The position numbers and the translations under genes were made by a program. This document shows positions 9,600 to 19,343 of a DNA stretch of 64,000 bases, piece after piece (position 1 is the first letter of the stretch; every line of letters starts with the position of its first letter). Under the pieces are notes generated by a model. That model was given only the letters and a program-made list of their open reading frames with translations. It did no database searches and was not told where the DNA came from. The stretch is from the NCBI GenBank assembly GCA_903866625.1, contig CAIPOI010000006.1, positions 43,624-107,623 of the forward strand, read 5' to 3'. This DNA is from an uncultured archaeon (GTDB taxonomy: Archaea > Nanobdellota > Nanobdellia > Pacearchaeales > GW2011-AR1).

Positions 9600-10154
9600 A
9601 TGGCAGAAGAAATAAAACAAACAAAAGTTGAAGAAAAAATGGAAAGCCAGAAAGAAGAGAATAAAACTGAGACAAAAAAACCAGTTGTAGAAGTCAAAAA
9701 AGTGAAGAAAGATTATGCTTTGGTAAACGGATTAAATCTTTCAATATCTCCAAAAGAAACAGGACATATCTGCGACATGATAAGATGGAAAAATGTCGAT
9801 GATGCAATAAAAATGGTAGAAGAAGTTATTGTTATGAAAAGACCAGTAAAAATGACTTCAAGAGAATATCCACACCAACATGGAAAGGGAGTTGCCGGAG
9901 CGAGTTATCCAATAAACGCTGCTAAGGAAGTTTTAAAAGAATTAAAACAACTAAGAGCAAACGCAATTTATAATGAGCTTGAATTAGAAAATTCAGTAAT
10001 TCAATGCAAAGCAGACAAAGCAAGCAGACCCTATAGAAGGGGCGGAGCAAGATTCAAAAGAACAAATTTGATGCTAAAGTTAGTAAAAAATGAAAAGCAG
10101 AATAAGAAAAAAACTAAAGATAACAAAAAAATAAAATCTGGAGGAAAAAAATAA
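9600..10154 (+). CDS. rpl22: 50S ribosomal protein uL22
   Basis: LSISPKE..HIC..IR and YPINAAK..LK..ANA motifs; synteny; Lys/Glu-rich termini. Confidence 0.92.
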   Translation: MAEEIKQTKVEEKMESQKEENKTETKKPVVEVKKVKKDYALVNGLNLSISPKETGHICDMIRWKNVDDAIKMVEEVIVMKRPVKMTSREYPHQHGKGVAGASYPINAAKEVLKELKQLRANAIYNELELENSVIQCKADKASRPYRRGGARFKRTNLMLKLVKNEKQNKKKTKDNKKIKSGGKK

Positions 10155-10459
10155 TGGAAATATGTCCAAAATGTGGATTGCCTATACAAGCCTGTATATG
10201 CCAAGAAATAGGAAAAAGCGAACAAAAGATAAAAGTTGAAACAATCAAAAGAAAATATGGGAAGGTTATAACACTTGTAAGTGGCTTTAAAAACATAGAT
10301 ACAAAGACCATATTAAAGGAACTAAAACAAGCACTTGCTTGTGGTGGAACAATGAAAAATGAAATAATTGAATTGCAAGGAGATCATTTGGGAAAAGTAA
10401 AACCTGTTTTAATTAAATTAGGATTCGCAGAAGAATCTATTGACGATATAAAAAACTAA
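10154..10459 (+). CDS. Translation initiation factor SUI1 (aIF1)
   Basis: CPKCGLP..C.C zinc motif, YGKVIT, LACGGT and IELQGDH. Confidence 0.95.
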   Translation: MEICPKCGLPIQACICQEIGKSEQKIKVETIKRKYGKVITLVSGFKNIDTKTILKELKQALACGGTMKNEIIELQGDHLGKVKPVLIKLGFAEESIDDIKN

Positions 10460-10460
10460 A

Positions 10461-10793
10461 ATGGCTGAGAAAAAAATAAAAACTGAAGTTAAAATAGAAA
10501 GCAAAAAAGTATGTTCAGATCCAAAATGTCCTACTCATGGTTCACTTAGAACTCGTGGAAGAATTTTTAGAGGAGCTGTAGTGAGAAAATTCCCAAAAAG
10601 AATAGCGATAGAATTTGAAAGAACATTATACATAAAAAAATATGAAAGATATGCAAAAACAAAGACAAGATTGCATGCTCGATTGCCGGACTGCATGGCT
10701 GATTCAATAAATGTTGGAGATTATATTGAGATAATGGAATGTAGACCCCTAAGCAAAATAATTAAATTTGTAGTGACGAAAAAAATAAGATAA
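10461..10793 (+). CDS. rps17: 30S ribosomal protein uS17
   Basis: C.DPKCP.HG, KKYERY and ECRPLSK motifs. Confidence 0.96.
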   Translation: MAEKKIKTEVKIESKKVCSDPKCPTHGSLRTRGRIFRGAVVRKFPKRIAIEFERTLYIKKYERYAKTKTRLHARLPDCMADSINVGDYIEIMECRPLSKIIKFVVTKKIR

Positions 10794-10800
10794 CAAAAAC

Positions 10801-11202
10801 ATGAAATCCTTACCAGCAAGATTAACACGTGGATTAAATATCGGTAGCGTTTTAGTAGCCGCCGATAATAGTGGAGCACTTTTAGTAAGGATAACTGGAG
10901 TTAAACATGGTAAGGTTGTAAGAGGAAGACAACAGTATGCAAAAATGGCAGATCATGTAAAAGTTTCAGTTGTTAAGGGCTTACCCGATATGAAAGGTAA
11001 GGTTTTTGACGCAGTTATTGTAAGACAAAAAAGACCCTATAGAAGATTTAATGGAGAGCATATTGCTTTTGTAGATAATGCAGCGGTTTTATTGAAAGAT
11101 GAAAAAGGAAATCCCAAGGGCACTCAAGTTAAAGGACCAGTCGCAAGGGAGGTACACGAACGCTGGCCTAATGTATCAAAAATAGCAAAATTCGTATTAT
11201 AA
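10801..11202 (+). CDS. rpl14: 50S ribosomal protein uL14
   Basis: ADNSGA, AVIVRQK, DNAAVL and KGT..KGPVARE motifs. Confidence 0.97.
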   Translation: MKSLPARLTRGLNIGSVLVAADNSGALLVRITGVKHGKVVRGRQQYAKMADHVKVSVVKGLPDMKGKVFDAVIVRQKRPYRRFNGEHIAFVDNAAVLLKDEKGNPKGTQVKGPVAREVHERWPNVSKIAKFVL

Positions 11203-11205
11203 AAA

Positions 11206-11610
11206 ATGAAAAAGGAATTTTCAAAAGCATGGATTGGAAGTAGACAAACAAGAAAACAAAGAAAGTATAGAGCTAATGCTGGAACTAATACAAAAAGAAA
11301 GCTCATGTCTGCAAATCTAAGTGAAGAATTAAAGAAAAAATATCAAAGAAAGAGTTTTACAGTTAGAACGGGAGATAAAGTTAAAGTTATGGCTGGAGAA
11401 TTTAAGGGTAAAGAAGGAAAGCTAAGTTTAGTAGATATGAGAAAGATGAAAGTTGCAATTGAGGGAATTCAATTAACAAAGAAAGATGGAACCAAGATAA
11501 ACTCCATGTTTGACAGTTCAAAACTTCAGATTCAAGAATTAAATTTAACAGATAAAAAAAGAGAAGAATCACTAAAAAATAAAAATAAAACTGCGGAGGT
11601 AAAAAAATAA
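11206..11610 (+). CDS. rpl24: 50S ribosomal protein uL24
   Basis: S.Q.RKQRK and VRTGDKVKVMAG (KOW) motifs. Confidence 0.95.
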   Translation: MKKEFSKAWIGSRQTRKQRKYRANAGTNTKRKLMSANLSEELKKKYQRKSFTVRTGDKVKVMAGEFKGKEGKLSLVDMRKMKVAIEGIQLTKKDGTKINSMFDSSKLQIQELNLTDKKREESLKNKNKTAEVKK

Positions 11611-11611
11611 T

Positions 11612-12262
11612 ATGCACGTAAAAAGAAAAACAATACCTACACTATGGCCTATTCAAAGAACAGGTAGTAAATGGATGGCAGTTGCCAGCCACAATAATAG
11701 CGATAGCATTCCGCTTATAATCGCAATGAGAGATGTTCTTAAAATTGTTAAGACAAAAAAAGAACTAAAGATGCTTACAAATAATAAACAAGTTGTAATA
11801 AACGACCGAGTTGTAAGGGAGATAAATTATCCTATAAGTCTATTCGACATCTTAAGTTTACCATCGATAAAAAAGTTTTATAAAGCAAATCTAATCAATA
11901 AAAAATTAAATTTTGAAGAAATATCTGAGAAAGAAAGTCACTCAAAAACCTACAAAGTTATAGGAAAGAAAAATCTCTTGAGAAAAAAACAGCAAATTAA
12001 TTTGAGTAATGGAAAAAATCTAATATCTAATGAAAAGATTAATGTGGGAGATTTCGTAGTTTTAAGTCATGATAATAAGCTTGGAAAAATAATTTCTCTA
12101 AAGAAAGATGTAGAAGTTATTGTAATCAAAGGAAAACATATTGGAAAAGAAGGAAAGATAAAAGAAATTTATGAAGAAGGAGAAAACACTCTTGCAGTAA
12201 TAATTATGCCTTCAAAAGAAGAAGTAAAAGTAAATATAAAAAACTTATATGTAAAAAACTAA
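11612..12262 (+). CDS. rps4e: 30S ribosomal protein eS4 (S4e)
   Basis: HVKR..P..WPI, SIPL..RD.L, YPISLFD and GKHIG KOW motifs. Confidence 0.93.
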   Translation: MHVKRKTIPTLWPIQRTGSKWMAVASHNNSDSIPLIIAMRDVLKIVKTKKELKMLTNNKQVVINDRVVREINYPISLFDILSLPSIKKFYKANLINKKLNFEEISEKESHSKTYKVIGKKNLLRKKQQINLSNGKNLISNEKINVGDFVVLSHDNKLGKIISLKKDVEVIVIKGKHIGKEGKIKEIYEEGENTLAVIIMPSKEEVKVNIKNLYVKN

Positions 12263-12263
12263 A

Positions 12264-12815
12264 ATGGCTGAGAAAAAAATAAAACCAACAAAAATAGAAG
12301 CAAAGAAAGCAAGCAATGCAGAAAATCCTATGAGAAAAATGAAGCTTGAAAAACTTGTAATTAGTTGTGGTGGCTCGGGAGAAAAGTTAGAAAAATCAGT
12401 AAAATTGCTGGAGTTAATCACAAAAAGAAAGGTTAAACAAGCAGAATCAAGCAAAAGAATTCCATCTTTCGGAGTTAGACCTGGATTAAAAACTGGAGCG
12501 TTAGTTACTATTAGAGATTCTGAAAAGGAAGCCATGCTAAAAAGATTATTTGTAGCTATCAACAATAAAATCAAAAAGAAACAGATTGAAACTAATCATT
12601 TTTCATTCGGAATTCAAGAATATTTAGAAATTCCAGATATGGAATACCAAAGAGATATTGGTATCATTGGACTAAATGTAACTGCGGTATTTTCGAGACC
12701 AGGTAAAAGAGTAAATATAAAGAAAATAAAGCAAGGAAAAACTCCTTTAAAACAAAATGTAACTATTGAGGAAATCGAGAATTATCTAACTAAATTAGGA
12801 ATAAGTGTTGAATAA
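12264..12815 (+). CDS. rpl5: 50S ribosomal protein uL5
   Basis: NPMR, IPSFGVRPG, FSFGI.EY and IGIIGL motifs. Confidence 0.96.
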   Translation: MAEKKIKPTKIEAKKASNAENPMRKMKLEKLVISCGGSGEKLEKSVKLLELITKRKVKQAESSKRIPSFGVRPGLKTGALVTIRDSEKEAMLKRLFVAINNKIKKKQIETNHFSFGIQEYLEIPDMEYQRDIGIIGLNVTAVFSRPGKRVNIKKIKQGKTPLKQNVTIEEIENYLTKLGISVE

Positions 12816-12827
12816 ACAAAGACTAAA

Positions 12828-13058
12828 ATGACAGCAAGTGATTGGAACAAGATATTGAAACAGCTTAAAGTTAAGCCTGCAGTTATGAATAAATTTTTGA
12901 AACATAACAAACCCCAAACAAGAAAGTTTGGAATTGCAGCTTACAAATGTGAAAATTGTGGCAGATTTGGAGCAAGAGTAAGTCAATATGGATTAAATTT
13001 ATGCAGACATTGTTTCCGAGAAATGGCGGTAGAACTCGGATTTAAAAAATATAGTTAA
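12828..13058 (+). CDS. rps14: 30S ribosomal protein uS14 (zinc type, N-terminally extended)
   Basis: CENCG...[17 protein letters not shown]. Confidence 0.95.
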   Translation: MTASDWNKILKQLKVKPAVMNKFLKHNKPQTRKFGIAAYKCENCGRFGARVSQYGLNLCRHCFREMAVELGFKKYS

Positions 13059-13059
13059 A

Positions 13060-13431
13060 ATGAGCAGAGATATAATTTCAGACGTATTAAACGAAATAAT
13101 GAATGCTAAAAAAGCAAAAAAAGAATTCATAGTCCTAGACAAGTCAGCAAATCTTTTATTAAGAATTTTAGATTTAATGAAGCAATATGGCTATCTTGAT
13201 TATGAGATTTTAGATGAAAAAATTAAGATAAATATTAAACAACTAAATGAATGCAAGGCTATAAAACCAAGATATAGTGTAGGAAATAAAAATGTTGAGA
13301 AGTATGTTAGAAGATTCTTACCTGCAAGAAATTTTGGATATGTAATTATATCTACCAGTAAAGGATTGATGACTCATCAAGAAGCTCAAGAAAATAAAAT
13401 TGGAGGAAGCTTGATTGCTTATTTCTACTAA
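13060..13431 (+). CDS. rps8: 30S ribosomal protein uS8
   Basis: IKPR, FLPARNFG, STSKGLMTH and IGG motifs. Confidence 0.96.
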   Translation: MSRDIISDVLNEIMNAKKAKKEFIVLDKSANLLLRILDLMKQYGYLDYEILDEKIKINIKQLNECKAIKPRYSVGNKNVEKYVRRFLPARNFGYVIISTSKGLMTHQEAQENKIGGSLIAYFY

Positions 13432-14000
13432 TGGCTAAAAAAATGAAAAGATCTGGAGTTCAGAATGAAGTAGCAATTCCTCAAGGTATAGAAGTTACTT
13501 TTGGAGAACACGCACTTGTTGCTAAGAAAGATGGCAAAGAAATAACAAGAAAAGTTAATCCAAAAATAAAATTAGCGAAACAAGATGATAAAGTTATCTT
13601 ATCTGTAGAAAATGCTAGAAAAATGGAAAGAAGACTAATTGAAAGTGCAACAAGTCACATAAAAAATGTTTTTGATGGATTACTAACTGCTTGGGAATAT
13701 GAATTAGAAATCTGCAACGTGCATTTTCCAGTTACAGTTACATTTGATAAAGCAAAAGGAGAATTTATAGTAAAAAATCTATTAGGAGAAAGAGCACCAA
13801 GAGTTATAAAGGCAGAACAACCTGGAAAAATTGAAGTTGAAATAAAAGCCCCGCACATAAAAATAAAGTCCTATGACCTTGAAGCTGCCGGACAAAATGC
13901 AGCAAATCTTGAAAAAATCTCAAAAATAAAAAATAGGGATAGAAATAAATTTCAAGATGGAATATTTATAACTAAAAAACCTGGAAAAGTATACCTATAA
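13431..14000 (+). CDS. rpl6: 50S ribosomal protein uL6
   Basis: HFP, NLLGER, GQNAANLE and DR.KFQDGIFI motifs. Confidence 0.96.
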   Translation: MAKKMKRSGVQNEVAIPQGIEVTFGEHALVAKKDGKEITRKVNPKIKLAKQDDKVILSVENARKMERRLIESATSHIKNVFDGLLTAWEYELEICNVHFPVTVTFDKAKGEFIVKNLLGERAPRVIKAEQPGKIEVEIKAPHIKIKSYDLEAAGQNAANLEKISKIKNRDRNKFQDGIFITKKPGKVYL

Positions 14001-14001
14001 A

Positions 14002-14472
14002 ATGCAAACAAGAAAACCTAATTTCCAAAGAACAAAATACAGAGCTTATGTTAAGCTGGGCTCTGGACAAAAAAGTAAATTGAAATATAGAAGGGCAAAA
14101 GGAAGGCATAATAAGACAAGACAGAAGTGGAGAAGCCGACCACCAATGGTAGAAATTGGATACAAGAATCAAGCGAATCAAAGACATTTAATTGAAGGCA
14201 AAATGCCAATTAGAGTATTTAACTTAAATGATATGCAAAAAGTTAGCAAAAACAATGTGGTTATAATTGCAAACGTTGGAGAAAAGAAAAAGATAGAAAT
14301 GATAAACTTCGCACATAAAAATAAGATGGAAGTATTAAATGTGAATATTGCTCAATTCTTAAAAGATATGGAAAGAAAAGTCAAAATGAAGAAAGAGAAT
14401 AAAGAGAAGAGTAAAGAAAAAGTTGAAGAAGTTAAAGAATCAAAAAAAGTAAATGCGGAGGCAAAAAAATAA
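14002..14472 (+). CDS. rpl32e: 50S ribosomal protein eL32
   Basis: KPNFQR, RRAKGRHNK.R and P..IGY motifs; synteny. Confidence 0.92.
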   Translation: MQTRKPNFQRTKYRAYVKLGSGQKSKLKYRRAKGRHNKTRQKWRSRPPMVEIGYKNQANQRHLIEGKMPIRVFNLNDMQKVSKNNVVIIANVGEKKKIEMINFAHKNKMEVLNVNIAQFLKDMERKVKMKKENKEKSKEKVEEVKESKKVNAEAKK

Positions 14473-14473
14473 T

Positions 14474-14881
14474 ATGAAAGAATTAAGAAAAAGAAAAGTT
14501 TTAGCCGCAAAAGCACTTGGCGTTGGAAAAAATAAAATAGTATTTGACTCTTCAAAATTAGCAGAGATAAAAGAAGCAATAACAAAACAGGATATAAGAG
14601 ACTTATATGCTGAGGGAATAATTATGATTAAAGAAGCACGCGGAAGAAAGAAGAAAGAGAAAAGAAATACTAGAAGAGGACCTGGAAAAATTAAAATGAA
14701 GGTTAGAGATAGAAAAGGAGAATATGTTATAATCACTAGAAAATTAAGAGGATATTTAAAAGAACTTAAAATTCAAAATAAAGTAGACAGTGAAAAGTTT
14801 AAAGAAATAAGAAAGAAAATAAGAGCCAGAGTATTTAAAAATAAAGCGCATCTTAGAGAACATCTAGGAATAAAAACATAA
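14474..14881 (+). CDS. rpl19e: 50S ribosomal protein eL19
   Basis: LAAKALGVGK, AITKQDIR and RRGPG motifs; start moved to ATG 14474 behind a GGAGG site. Confidence 0.92.
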   Translation: MKELRKRKVLAAKALGVGKNKIVFDSSKLAEIKEAITKQDIRDLYAEGIIMIKEARGRKKKEKRNTRRGPGKIKMKVRDRKGEYVIITRKLRGYLKELKIQNKVDSEKFKEIRKKIRARVFKNKAHLREHLGIKT

Positions 14882-14888
14882 TAACAAA

Positions 14889-15356
14889 ATGAAAATAATA
14901 CCAAGAAAAAGAAGAATCCAAGGAAAAACAAATTATACTAAGAGAAGGAGATTGCTAGAGGCAAGAAAACCAAGAATAGCTATAAGAAAGAGCAATAAGT
15001 ATATTACGATACAATACATTGAAAGTAAACTCGCACAAGATAGTATCAAAGTAGGAGTAAACTCAAAAGAATTACTTGAATATGGATGGCCAAAAGAAAA
15101 GTCTGGAAGCTTAAAATCTATAACAGCAGCTTATCTTGCAGGATTATTATTCGGTAAGAAAATAAGCAAGTTGCCTCCAGCGATTGTTGATACGGGATTA
15201 ATAATCAGCACTAAAGGTTCAAAAGTATATGCTGCATTAAAGGGAATAGTTGATTCAGGATATAAAATTTCGCATAACACAGAAGTTTTCCCCGATGAAA
15301 AATCAATAAAATCAAAAGACTTTTTTGAAAAAGTAAAAAGCAATATAACCAAATGA
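14889..15356 (+). CDS. rpl18: 50S ribosomal protein uL18
   Basis: RR..GKTNY..RRRLL, S.EL..YGW and AAYLAG motifs. Confidence 0.95.
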   Translation: MKIIPRKRRIQGKTNYTKRRRLLEARKPRIAIRKSNKYITIQYIESKLAQDSIKVGVNSKELLEYGWPKEKSGSLKSITAAYLAGLLFGKKISKLPPAIVDTGLIISTKGSKVYAALKGIVDSGYKISHNTEVFPDEKSIKSKDFFEKVKSNITK

Positions 15357-16081
15357 AAGACGAACAAATAAAAGAAACAAATGAAGTAGTAGTTCCATTC
15401 AAGAGAAAATCTAGAGAAGAGATGGCAGAAGAAGAGAAGCAAAGAGCTCTTGATTCTTGGATTCCAAAAACTGCTTTAGGTAAGAAAGTAAGAGAAGGAA
15501 AAGTGAAAAATATAGATGAAATCATAAACGAAAAAATATTGGAAGATCAGGTTATTGATTTGCTTGTTCCAACTACTTCAGATTTGCTATTAATCGGACA
15601 ATCAAAAGGAAAATTTGGTGGTGGAAAAAGAAGAGCATGGAAACAAACACAAAAGAAAACTATTGACGGAAATGTTCCAAGCTTTACCTGTGGAGTAATT
15701 GTAGGAGATAAAAGCGGACATGTGGGAGTTGGTTTTGGAAAAGCTAAAGAGACCTTGCCTGCAAGAGAAAAAGCCATGAGATTAGCAAAATTGAACTTAA
15801 TAAAAATTACAAGAGGATGTGCAAGTTTTGACTGTTCTTGTTCAGAATTACATACAGTCCCATTTATTGTAGAAGGAAAATGTGGAAGCACAGTAGTAAG
15901 ATTAATGCCCGCCCCACAAGGTACTGGGTTAGTAATTGGAGATGAATGCAAAAAGATACTTAAGTTAGTAGGAATCAAGGATGTTTATAGTAAAACTTTT
16001 GGCCAAACAAGAAGTACAATAAATTTAGCAAAAGCTTGTATAGAAGCTCTTAAGAAAACAAATACTGGAGGAAAAAAATAA
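15353..16081 (+). CDS. rps5: 30S ribosomal protein uS5
   Basis: WIPKTALG, VGDKSGHVGVG, HTVPF and PAPQGTGLV motifs. Confidence 0.96.
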   Translation: MKDEQIKETNEVVVPFKRKSREEMAEEEKQRALDSWIPKTALGKKVREGKVKNIDEIINEKILEDQVIDLLVPTTSDLLLIGQSKGKFGGGKRRAWKQTQKKTIDGNVPSFTCGVIVGDKSGHVGVGFGKAKETLPAREKAMRLAKLNLIKITRGCASFDCSCSELHTVPFIVEGKCGSTVVRLMPAPQGTGLVIGDECKKILKLVGIKDVYSKTFGQTRSTINLAKACIEALKKTNTGGKK

Positions 16082-16082
16082 T

Positions 16083-16772
16083 ATGGATGAGAAAAAATTC
16101 GTGCAATTTAAGAAAAAAGAATATGAAATGAAGAGATATGTTTGGAATACCTTAGGTAAGGGAAAGGTTAGTTCAATAAAAGTTGAATATACTCCTATTG
16201 GAGAAAAAATAATTGTAGCTACAGATAAACCCGGATTGATCATTGGTTCAAGAGGCGAAAAAATCGATAATCTTACAAGAGTATTAAAACAAAAATTCAA
16301 ACTTGAAAATCCAAATATAGAAATCAGTGAGATAAAGGAGTCAAGTTTTGATGCTCAGTTAGTTGCAGATAGAATTGCGCTTGAACTTGAAAAACTGGGA
16401 AACCTTAAATTTAAAACAATTGCTTACAAAGAAATGACAAGAATAATGAGAGCAGGAGCATTAGGAGTAGAATTAAGATTAAGCGGTAAACTACCAAGCG
16501 ATAGAGCAAAATCTTGGAGATTTGCAGCAGGATATCTTAAAAAAGTTGGAGATAGTGCAAAAGTTGTTAATAGAGCACAATCTATTGCTTTAACAAAACT
16601 GGGGATAAGTGGAATAAAAGTTGCTATACTCCCTCCATACGCAAAAATACACGATAAGATTGAAATAAATGAAGAAATTAGAAGAATGATAAAACAAGAA
16701 CAAGAAAATGATGAAAAAGAAACTAAAAAGAAAAAATCTAAAAAAGCAGAAAATAGTGAGGTAAAAGCATAA
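16083..16772 (+). CDS. rps3: 30S ribosomal protein uS3
   Basis: KH domain TPIG..KPGLIIGSRG, GA.GVE..LSGKL and RAKS motifs. Confidence 0.96.
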   Translation: MDEKKFVQFKKKEYEMKRYVWNTLGKGKVSSIKVEYTPIGEKIIVATDKPGLIIGSRGEKIDNLTRVLKQKFKLENPNIEISEIKESSFDAQLVADRIALELEKLGNLKFKTIAYKEMTRIMRAGALGVELRLSGKLPSDRAKSWRFAAGYLKKVGDSAKVVNRAQSIALTKLGISGIKVAILPPYAKIHDKIEINEEIRRMIKQEQENDEKETKKKKSKKAENSEVKA

Positions 16773-17023
16773 TGGCAATATTAAAATCAAAAGAAGCTGC
16801 AAAGATGAGTTCTGCAGAAAGAAAAGACAAAATAAAAGAATTAAAAACAGAATTAATAAAAGCAAGACTTGCAAATAAAAAAACTACAAAATTAAATGCA
16901 CGTGAAATTAAAAGAACAATTGCAAGATTGCTTACATTTGAAAACATGAAAAAAGAAATCAAAGAAGAAAAGAAAGTTGAAATTAAAACTGATAAAAAAG
17001 TAAAGAAGGAGGCAAAAAAATAA
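16772..17023 (+). CDS. rpl29: 50S ribosomal protein uL29
   Basis: MAILK..E...MS..E and REIKRTIARLLT motifs. Confidence 0.92.
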   Translation: MAILKSKEAAKMSSAERKDKIKELKTELIKARLANKKTTKLNAREIKRTIARLLTFENMKKEIKEEKKVEIKTDKKVKKEAKK

Positions 17024-17024
17024 C

Positions 17025-17450
17025 ATGATAGTATTAATTAGAATAGCAGGATTAGTGAATATGAAACAGGAATTAGAAGAAACTTTATTTAGAATGAGAA
17101 TGAGAAAAAAATATACTTGTGTTATATTAAATGAAACTCCAGAAGTTATGGGTATGATTGCTAAAGTAAGAAACCTTGTTGCCTATGGAAAAATAAATGA
17201 AGAAACACTAGTAAGTCTAATAAAAGCAAGAGCTAAAAAAATTGGAGATTCAAAAGCTAAAATTGAAAATGCTGAAAAGATTGCTAAAGAAGTTCTTGCT
17301 GGAAAAAATCTTGAAGATTTGGGAATAAAACCTTTCTTTGGATTACATCCTGCTCGCGGAGGAATAAAGAACACAAAACTCCACTATCCTAAAGGAGTTC
17401 TTGGAGATAATAAAGAAGATATAAATAAATTAATAGGAAAAATGTTATAA
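17025..17450 (+). CDS. rpl30: 50S ribosomal protein uL30
   Basis: IRI.G, GM..KV...VAYG, FGLHPARGG and INKLI motifs. Confidence 0.95.
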   Translation: MIVLIRIAGLVNMKQELEETLFRMRMRKKYTCVILNETPEVMGMIAKVRNLVAYGKINEETLVSLIKARAKKIGDSKAKIENAEKIAKEVLAGKNLEDLGIKPFFGLHPARGGIKNTKLHYPKGVLGDNKEDINKLIGKML

Positions 17451-17457
17451 TAACAAA

Positions 17458-17919
17458 ATGAAAATTAAGAAAAGACGAAAATCATCAAGAATGCACGGAA
17501 GACATATGGGTACTCATGGTTGGGGTGCAAGAAAGAAACATATGGGTAGTGGTCACCGTGGCGGATGTGGTATGGGTGGAACAGGAAAGATGGGGGGAGC
17601 AAAGAAAACTCTGGTTCTTAAACTATATGGAGCAGATTATTTTGGTAAACAAGGAGTTACTAGCAGAGGTTCAAAAAGAAAGAAAAATCTTGTAATAAAT
17701 CTTGAAATGATTGAAAAGAATCTTGAATCTTTAAAAAAGAAATATATGAAAGATAATGTGTTGGATCTTAGCGAATATAAAATTTTGGGTCAAGGAGAAC
17801 TAAAATCTAAGATTACCATAAAGGCTAAAACTGCTTCTGAATCTGCTATAGCCAAAATAGAAAAAGCTGGAGCAAAAATTGTGCTTGAGGATAAAGAAGA
17901 AGTTGAGAAGAGCAAATAA
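17458..17919 (+). CDS. rpl15: 50S ribosomal protein uL15
   Basis: THGWG.RK, GHRGG.G, KILGQG and S.SA..KIEKAGAK motifs. Confidence 0.96.
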   Translation: MKIKKRRKSSRMHGRHMGTHGWGARKKHMGSGHRGGCGMGGTGKMGGAKKTLVLKLYGADYFGKQGVTSRGSKRKKNLVINLEMIEKNLESLKKKYMKDNVLDLSEYKILGQGELKSKITIKAKTASESAIAKIEKAGAKIVLEDKEEVEKSK

Positions 17920-17974
17920 AAAGACTTTATAAACCTCCACATACTTTAACCAATAATAAAAGAGCCAGAAAAAT

Positions 17975-19342
17975 ATGAACTTTAAAGATATATTACACAA
18001 TCTTCCGGAAGTAAGACCTCCGACAGAAAAGAAGCTTTCTTTTAGCGTTAAACTTAAATGGACAGTAATAATACTTGCGGCTTTCTTTATTCTTGCGAAT
18101 ATTTCTCTTTATGGTTTAAGACAAGAAGCTGTTATGAAGTTTGAGTACATTGCAATTTTGCTGGGAACTGATTTTGGTTCTATAATTAGCTTAGGTATTG
18201 GACCAATAGTTATGGCTTCCATCATATTGCAGTTGCTTGTTGGAAGCAAGATAATCAATATTGACACGACAAATCCTGAAGGGAAAAAATTCTTTCAAGG
18301 ATTGCAGAAGCTTACAGTTTTCTTCTTTATTGTCTTTGAATCAATAATCTATGTAGTTATGGGCGGAACTCCAGCATTACCGGGATATAATTTTATTGTA
18401 ATGATTCAGCTTATGCTTGGCGGATTCTTAATCATGCTTATGGATGAGGTTTGTTATAAGTATGGATTTGGCTCAGGGGTTTCATTGTTTATCGCAGCCG
18501 GAGTTGGTTGGAGGTTAATTACAGGATTATTTGGTTTTGTTGGAGCAGCCGGAACAATTGGGCCTGTTGGAGCAATACCTGTATTTTTTGATAGTTTGTT
18601 TAATACTGGAGATGCAATTGGTGCTATGAAAGCTGTTGCTACTGTTCTTTCAACAGTAATTATTTTTATGATAATTGTATGGGCTCAATCTCTAAAAATA
18701 GAAATTCCCCTGTCTTATGATAGACTAAGAGGATATAATGTTAAATGGCCTCTTGCATTTTTCTATGCCTCAAATATTCCAGTTATACTTACTGGCGCAT
18801 TTATAGCAAATCTTCAGTTGTTTGGAAGTTTGTTTCAAAATTGGATGGGTCATGCTACTTTCTTAGGAAGTTTCTCTAATGGGCAAGCAGTTTCAGGATT
18901 AGCTTATTGGGTTGGAAGCACAGATATTTTAAAAACTTTAATTGATAAAAGTTTTAGATGGATATTCTTAGGACAAGCAGTTACTCATATTATTGTTTTT
19001 ATTGTTTTTTCAGCAATATTCTCGGTTTTCTGGGTAAAGACTTCTGGAATGGATGCGCAAGCTCAAGCAAGAAATATAATTAAGTCAGGATTACAAGTCC
19101 CAGGATTCAGGAAAGATGAAAGAGTTTTAGAAACAATTCTTAATAGATATGTTATGCCACTTACCATTATGGGCGGAGTAGCAGTAGGACTACTTGCTTC
19201 AGTTTCAGATGTTCTTGGAACAATTACTGGAGGAACAGCACTATTACTTGGAACTATGATTATCTATCAGTTCTATCAAAACATTGCTCAACAGCATGCG
19301 ATGGATATGCATCCTGCTATGAGAAAAATGATGGGTAATTAA
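17975..19342 (+). CDS. secY: Preprotein translocase subunit SecY
   Basis: LGIGPIV.ASII.QLL, GSGVSLFIA, YASNIPVIL and IPGFR-like motifs; position after L15. Confidence 0.97.
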   Translation: MNFKDILHNLPEVRPPTEKKLSFSVKLKWTVIILAAFFILANISLYGLRQEAVMKFEYIAILLGTDFGSIISLGIGPIVMASIILQLLVGSKIINIDTTNPEGKKFFQGLQKLTVFFFIVFESIIYVVMGGTPALPGYNFIVMIQLMLGGFLIMLMDEVCYKYGFGSGVSLFIAAGVGWRLITGLFGFVGAAGTIGPVGAIPVFFDSLFNTGDAIGAMKAVATVLSTVIIFMIIVWAQSLKIEIPLSYDRLRGYNVKWPLAFFYASNIPVILTGAFIANLQLFGSLFQNWMGHATFLGSFSNGQAVSGLAYWVGSTDILKTLIDKSFRWIFLGQAVTHIIVFIVFSAIFSVFWVKTSGMDAQAQARNIIKSGLQVPGFRKDERVLETILNRYVMPLTIMGGVAVGLLASVSDVLGTITGGTALLLGTMIIYQFYQNIAQQHAMDMHPAMRKMMGN

Positions 19343-19343
19343 A

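Noticed and set aside
7177-18000. Many Phe/Leu-rich minus-strand ORFs opposite r-protein genes (similar shadow ORFs occur across the window)
   Set aside because: Antisense shadows of A-rich, Lys/Glu-coding genes.
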